Origin: Abditibacteriaceae bacterium
GTDB taxonomy: Bacteria > Armatimonadota > Abditibacteriia > Abditibacteriales > Abditibacteriaceae
Direction of reading: 5' to 3'
DNA length: 64,000 nt
Assembly: GCA_965277285.1 (NCBI GenBank)
Contig: OZ255721.1
Location: 800,001 to 864,000 of the forward strand
The number at the start of each line of letters is the position of its first letter. Within the stretch, counting starts at the first letter, position 1. Below, piece by piece: positions 59,735 through 64,000 of the stretch. The position numbers and the translations under genes are program-made. The notes beneath the pieces are model-generated. The model was not told the DNA's origin. It made no database searches and worked only from the letters and a program-made list of their open reading frames with translations.

Positions 59735-60847
59735 ATGAAAAAACTTCTCTCATTGGCGGCGTTGTGCGCTCTTATTCTGTACTCGCCGCTGCACGTTCGC
59801 GCTTGTTTATCGTTGGCGCCCGAAGGTCAATATGTCGATGTAACAGATGAATCAGCGATCATCGTGTGGGATGCGAAAACCAGAACGCAGCATTTTATTC
59901 GCCGCGCCAGCTTCGACACGAAAGCGAAAGACATTGGTTTTCTGGTTCCGACACCGAACACGCCGCAACTGGCCGAAGCCGACGATGACGCGTTCTATCA
60001 AATCGACACTTGGATGACGCCGAAAACGGTTTACCAAACGCATCGCGGCTATGATTTCACGCCGTTCATTTTTGGCGGTGGCTCGCGCGTCCGAACCGTT
60101 TTTAACATGTCTAACAACGCGCTTTCAACGAGCGACATCGCGGATACGAGCGACAGCGTAACAATTGTCTCGCAACAAAAAGTCGCAGGCTATGACGCGA
60201 CGGTCTTAGCGGCGAACAACATTCCGAGTTTGAATCGCTGGCTCAAAAAGCACAATTACGTTTCGACAGCCGCTTTGATGAAATGGTTGCAACCTTACGT
60301 CGCGCGCAAGTGGAAAATCACGGCATTTAAAATCGCCAAGCCGAACAAAAACGACAGCGGCGTTTCTTCGCGTACCGTGCGGATGTCGTTTCACACTGAA
60401 CGCCCGTTTTTCCCTTACCGCGAACCAGATCAAAAGCGTCAGGCAGGTTCTCGAATCTTGCGCGTCTATTTCTTCGCGCCGCAACGCATGACAGGCGCCA
60501 TTAACAGCAAACTATGGATTGGAAAAACTGTCTGGTCGGACAATGTTCCAACGGATGACATTCCCGCATTTGCCAAACAGTTGGGGCTTTCGAGTACTCA
60601 ATTGAACAATGCGCGCCTGACAGTTTTGGAAGACAACTCGACCGTACGTTATGCGCCCGACGACGTTTATTTTCAATCTGCTTTCGACCAGAGCCGCGTC
60701 GTGCCGCTACCGAACATCATTTACGAAAACAAACTTATCTGGTTGCCCGCCGATGTTTTATTGCTGTTGTCATGCGGCGTCGCGTCAGCATTATACATAC
60801 TCTGGAAGCGGATTGTAGAACGCAAAACGCCCGTCATCGATGCTTGA
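59735..60847 (+). CDS. DUF2330-like exported protein (paralog 2)
   Basis: Highly similar to 58656-59714; likely start MKKLL. Confidence 0.7.
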   Translation: MKKLLSLAALCALILYSPLHVRACLSLAPEGQYVDVTDESAIIVWDAKTRTQHFIRRASFDTKAKDIGFLVPTPNTPQLAEADDDAFYQIDTWMTPKTVYQTHRGYDFTPFIFGGGSRVRTVFNMSNNALSTSDIADTSDSVTIVSQQKVAGYDATVLAANNIPSLNRWLKKHNYVSTAALMKWLQPYVARKWKITAFKIAKPNKNDSGVSSRTVRMSFHTERPFFPYREPDQKRQAGSRILRVYFFAPQRMTGAINSKLWIGKTVWSDNVPTDDIPAFAKQLGLSSTQLNNARLTVLEDNSTVRYAPDDVYFQSAFDQSRVVPLPNIIYENKLIWLPADVLLLLSCGVASALYILWKRIVERKTPVIDA

Positions 60848-60867
60848 AAGAGCATCGAGTACTCGAT

Positions 60868-63219
60868 TTATCCCAGTTGACGCCACTTCTTCACGGCGTT
60901 GAATAATTGATCGCGTCCGCGCAACGTCGTTGCAATTTTGGCGCGTCGTGCCTGGCGACGATTGGAAGAATAGCGGCCACCCAGCCAATTGGAAACGAGA
61001 CGCGCGCGATGACGCCATGAATCGCTCATCAGCAGGAAAAAGCCCTGGCGCACCCACACATCGTCTTCATAAGCGAAGCGAATCTTCCCGAACGCATGAC
61101 GTCGCGCGACACTTTCCATCTTCTGCTGGCGCTTGTCGCGTGGCGCGTGAGCCAGAAAGCTGGCCGGAATAGGCAGCGAAAGTTCCTCGCACAAAACGTG
61201 AAACGGAACCCAGAAACCGCGATTGATGCCGGTTTTTTGCACCCATTGTTGGATGCGATTCCATTCGATAGTTGGAAAACGTTCGAGCAGCCACAATACG
61301 TCCCACGCGGTTTTCAAACCGTGGGCGAACAAATGTCCCGACAAGTGCAGAACACTATGCAGCAGCATTCCCTCGGCGTCTAAGACAAACAAACCTTTCC
61401 AGGCATCGCTTTGCAAAGGTCGCGCGCGCTGCAGCATTTCAGGTTCGGGTAGGCCGAATGTCGCATCCATGATGCGCTGATGAATCTCGATCAGAACGCC
61501 GTTATAAGTCATCGGCGGCAATTCGCGCAGCAAAGTAATATCGCCATCGTCTTCGCCCGCGCGTTCAAAACCCATTTGCAGCAATTTATCGCGCACGGAA
61601 GTCGCTTTATCGGGCGTGATCAACACATCGACATCGCAGCAGGAACGCGTGCCGACACGTTTCGCGTCAGCGACATTCGAGTACTCGATATTGGCGGTGT
61701 CGCGCTCATAATCGAGCGCCATCATCGCGGTGCCTTTGAGCAAAACGCCGCGCGTCCCAACCTCGCGGCACGCCTGCGCGATGTGGCGCAAGGCTTCGCG
61801 CTGCAAGCTGGCGCGCAAACTCTCAGTCAAGCCTTGGCGATACAATTTTTCGATAAAGAACGGCGGCGCCCAGCGCGACAAAGCGCGTTCTTTCAAGGCG
61901 TTTTGCAAAGGAATCGACAATCCGCAGCGCATCAAATGCACGGCGTGCTGGTTCCAGTCGAAGTCGGCGCGACCCCAAATGCGCTCCGCTTCATGCGCCC
62001 ACGCCGACGCCGGTTCGAGCATAGAGCGCAGAAACAAGCGACAGGCGCCAATTGTATTGATGTAATCGCGCTCCAACTCGCCGCCGCAAGTTTGTTCGGC
62101 TTTCATCACGCGCTGCGCGGCGAAACGTTCGGCTACGAAGCGCGGCTGCGACAAGCGTGCGCTCAGCGCCTTCATCGCTTCGGGTTGCGAAGTCAAATGC
62201 AAGCACAAATCGCACATTCCGCTGTAGCCGTCGCGCAGTTCAACGCTCAGTTCCGGCATTTTCTCGATTTCGTGGCGCAGGCGCGCTGGCCCAAACGTGC
62301 GAATCGTCTCCAAAATCGGGTCGGTGCGATGCTTTTCTGCCAACTCTTCCAGCGAGTTTTCCTTCAACGAACCCACGAATAAAGGCGAATCAGTCGCAGA
62401 AAAATAAGATGGGCCGTTGCAGGCCGTCATGCGCCCATCGTCGGTGATGGCGGGAACGCAGCATGCCGTACAAAAGCCGCCGCATTCCTTGCGCAAATCG
62501 TCGCGCGGAATGTCGCGTGCACGTCCGACCGCCTGCACATCGTAAAAACGCATTTGTGGTTTGGTCATGCCATCGAAAGGCGCCACCAAATCGGCTAAGT
62601 CGTCGCCTGCTTCGCGCGTAAAGTTGATGCTGAGTACCATCGGCAATACGTTCTCTTCAACGGCGCGCGCGATATTGACGGCGGGTTCCGGCCCTTGAAA
62701 CTCGGCATGATAACGGTCGTAACTGACTGTCATACGCGTGACGCCCGCATCGGACAACGCTTTGGTTTTTTGCCGCGCGACTTCGGGGTTTTTGCCCCAG
62801 AAACCGTTGGTCGTCAGCGTGGCGAACATGCCCAACGCGCGAACTTCAGCCAGTATTCGCATCACCAAGTCTTCGCGCAGCATCGGTTCGCCGCCCGTCA
62901 ATTGGAAGACCTCGACGCCCATTTTGGCCGCATCGCGCACCAACTGCAACAATTCTTCGTCCGTCGGTTGGCCTTGCACGCGCGGCCCGCTTTCGACGCT
63001 GCAATGCGCGCACGCCATATTGCAACGCCTCGTCAACATGATGGCCATCACGCGCGCGCCTTTTCTAATCGCGTCGTCTTCGTCCGACATCAACAACGTG
63101 ACGCGATTCGGCTCGCGCATCACTGACGTGGCGCTTTTTGATTCCAAGGCAATAAACGAATTTGGCGCCGTGAAATCGGATTTGGTGGACGGCGATTGCA
63201 TTTCGAGCGACGTTTTCAT
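60868..63219 (-). CDS. Radical SAM protein fused to a nucleotidyltransferase (NTP_transf_5-like) domain
   Basis: CNMACAHC, TGGEP, TTNG, further Cys motifs (CTACC, ACNG, CDLC); C-terminal LLKG...R..CDVDVL...IEIH...WD. Confidence 0.8.
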   Translation of the reverse strand: MKTSLEMQSPSTKSDFTAPNSFIALESKSATSVMREPNRVTLLMSDEDDAIRKGARVMAIMLTRRCNMACAHCSVESGPRVQGQPTDEELLQLVRDAAKMGVEVFQLTGGEPMLREDLVMRILAEVRALGMFATLTTNGFWGKNPEVARQKTKALSDAGVTRMTVSYDRYHAEFQGPEPAVNIARAVEENVLPMVLSINFTREAGDDLADLVAPFDGMTKPQMRFYDVQAVGRARDIPRDDLRKECGGFCTACCVPAITDDGRMTACNGPSYFSATDSPLFVGSLKENSLEELAEKHRTDPILETIRTFGPARLRHEIEKMPELSVELRDGYSGMCDLCLHLTSQPEAMKALSARLSQPRFVAERFAAQRVMKAEQTCGGELERDYINTIGACRLFLRSMLEPASAWAHEAERIWGRADFDWNQHAVHLMRCGLSIPLQNALKERALSRWAPPFFIEKLYRQGLTESLRASLQREALRHIAQACREVGTRGVLLKGTAMMALDYERDTANIEYSNVADAKRVGTRSCCDVDVLITPDKATSVRDKLLQMGFERAGEDDGDITLLRELPPMTYNGVLIEIHQRIMDATFGLPEPEMLQRARPLQSDAWKGLFVLDAEGMLLHSVLHLSGHLFAHGLKTAWDVLWLLERFPTIEWNRIQQWVQKTGINRGFWVPFHVLCEELSLPIPASFLAHAPRDKRQQKMESVARRHAFGKIRFAYEDDVWVRQGFFLLMSDSWRHRARLVSNWLGGRYSSNRRQARRAKIATTLRGRDQLFNAVKKWRQLG

Positions 63220-63268
63220 AATTGTTCTCGCAAGGATTTCATGGTCAGCGATTCAGTTCGTGAACGAT

Positions 63269-64000
63269 TCAGTTCGTGCGCGATTTGACTGTCAGCGCTT
63301 CGACGGCTGCCACCATTTGCGCCAATTCGCCGCGCTCCAGCGCATAAAGCGGAACGCGCGCTGCCAAAGGTGCAATTTTCGGCAAGGCCGCGCCCCAATC
63401 GAGTACTCGATACGGATTTGGCATCGTCTCACTATTATCACGCGGCAACAAGGTGCAATAAGGCAAAAGCGTGATCGCAGCGCGCGCCGGATTACAACGT
63501 TGCGCTTGCACGATCGCCTTTTTCGTCGCCACGTCGTCGATGCGTCCCAAAAAAAGCATTGCGTCGATTGTTATGGCATCGCGTTTTGGAGCGCCCGTTT
63601 TCTCGTCAACTTCATGCGGATGAAAAATCCAGCCTTCGCTTGTCGGCGCGGAAGACGGTGCGTTTTGAATGCGTTGCCAAACCTCTTCGCCCAACAAAGC
63701 GCGGCTGCCGTTGCGCAACGAAACACGCCGTGCCGCTGGCCAGACTTTATTTTCGCCCTGAATAAAACAGAAATCGTCGGACGCGATTGTCCAGCCGTTC
63801 TGCCACAGCGCGCACGTCAACGTCGATTTTCCGGCTTCGCTCGGCCCGACAACGAGCAGGCCAAAACCATTTTTGCTCAACAACGCGCCGTGCATCGCAA
63901 AAAGCGAATCTGGCGCGGAATTGATCGCATTCTCGCTTTTGATGAATGCTACCAATTCCTGCACAATCGAGTACTCGATATGCGTCAAGGCGCGATTGGT
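63269..64000 (-). CDS. HprK-related P-loop kinase (5' end probably outside the window)
   Basis: MHGALL, GPSEAGKSTL, W...SDD; the frame stays open to the window edge. Confidence 0.75.
   Translation of the reverse strand, partial: TNRALTHIEYSIVQELVAFIKSENAINSAPDSLFAMHGALLSKNGFGLLVVGPSEAGKSTLTCALWQNGWTIASDDFCFIQGENKVWPAARRVSLRNGSRALLGEEVWQRIQNAPSSAPTSEGWIFHPHEVDEKTGAPKRDAITIDAMLFLGRIDDVATKKAIVQAQRCNPARAAITLLPYCTLLPRDNSETMPNPYRVLDWGAALPKIAPLAARVPLYALERGELAQMVAAVEALTVKSRTN

Larger units (their letters stand above)
1339..63978. repeat. Dispersed 12-bp palindrome TCGAGTACTCGA, about 50 perfect copies
   Basis: Starts read at 1339,1962,2469,3761,5532,5867,7416,8313,9393,10029,10683,11583,14822,16300,18335,19600,20205,21570,22533,23438,23938,25502,26045,27086,27980,29367,30152,30984,31992,32955,34536,35845,36754,37575,38349,42280,43141,43783,45744,45979,47089,47998,50835,54185,55361,58306,60855,61677,63399,63967. 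Confidence 0.97.

Noticed and set aside
2871..63126. Many long antisense or overlapping ORFs in the track (e.g. 2871-3527, 37594-38427, 61480-62382)
   Set aside because: Typical GC-rich shadow ORFs opposite well-supported genes, with no recognisable motifs.
63216..63398. 60-aa ORF as a RiPP precursor
   Set aside because: It overlaps the kinase 3' end in another frame and has no precursor-like features.
1339..63978. 12-mer repeats as a CRISPR array or integron attC sites
   Set aside because: Too short, about 1 kb apart, mostly inside genes, with no cas or integrase gene and no attC structure.
1339..63978. 12-mer as an ordinary transcription-factor operator
   Set aside because: Far too frequent, nearly invariant and mostly intragenic.
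1339..63978. 12-mer as a cloning-linker or assembly artefact
   Set aside because: Reading frames of conserved genes stay intact through the copies, degenerate variants exist, and some copies have natural extended arms. Considered unlikely but not checked against reads.

Overview
Bacterial chromosomal window with GC-rich coding regions and no phage, plasmid or CRISPR. It carries housekeeping genes (galT, galK, comEC, holA, purA, rplI, dnaB with a LAGLIDADG intein, purD, mlaE/F/D-like, tRNA-Lys). It also carries a cell-envelope glycosylation region (several GT-C-type membrane proteins, GT2, methyltransferase, YfhO, KdoO-like hydroxylase), one IS5-family element, several REP/MITE-like hairpin families, a GmrSD-type nuclease, and a radical-SAM/nucleotidyltransferase fusion next to an HprK-like kinase. 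The dominant unexplained signal is the 12-bp palindrome TCGAGTACTCGA, usually in the context W-TCGAGTACTCGA-W. By hand I count about 50 perfect copies plus about 15 near-copies. They are spaced more evenly than random (about 1 per kb) and sit both between genes and inside genes in all three frames, giving the peptides IEYS, SSTR and RVLD/E. It resembles a HIP1-type highly iterated palindrome system, but with a sequence I do not recognise. All counts and coordinates were read manually and product calls come from motif recognition, not database searches.
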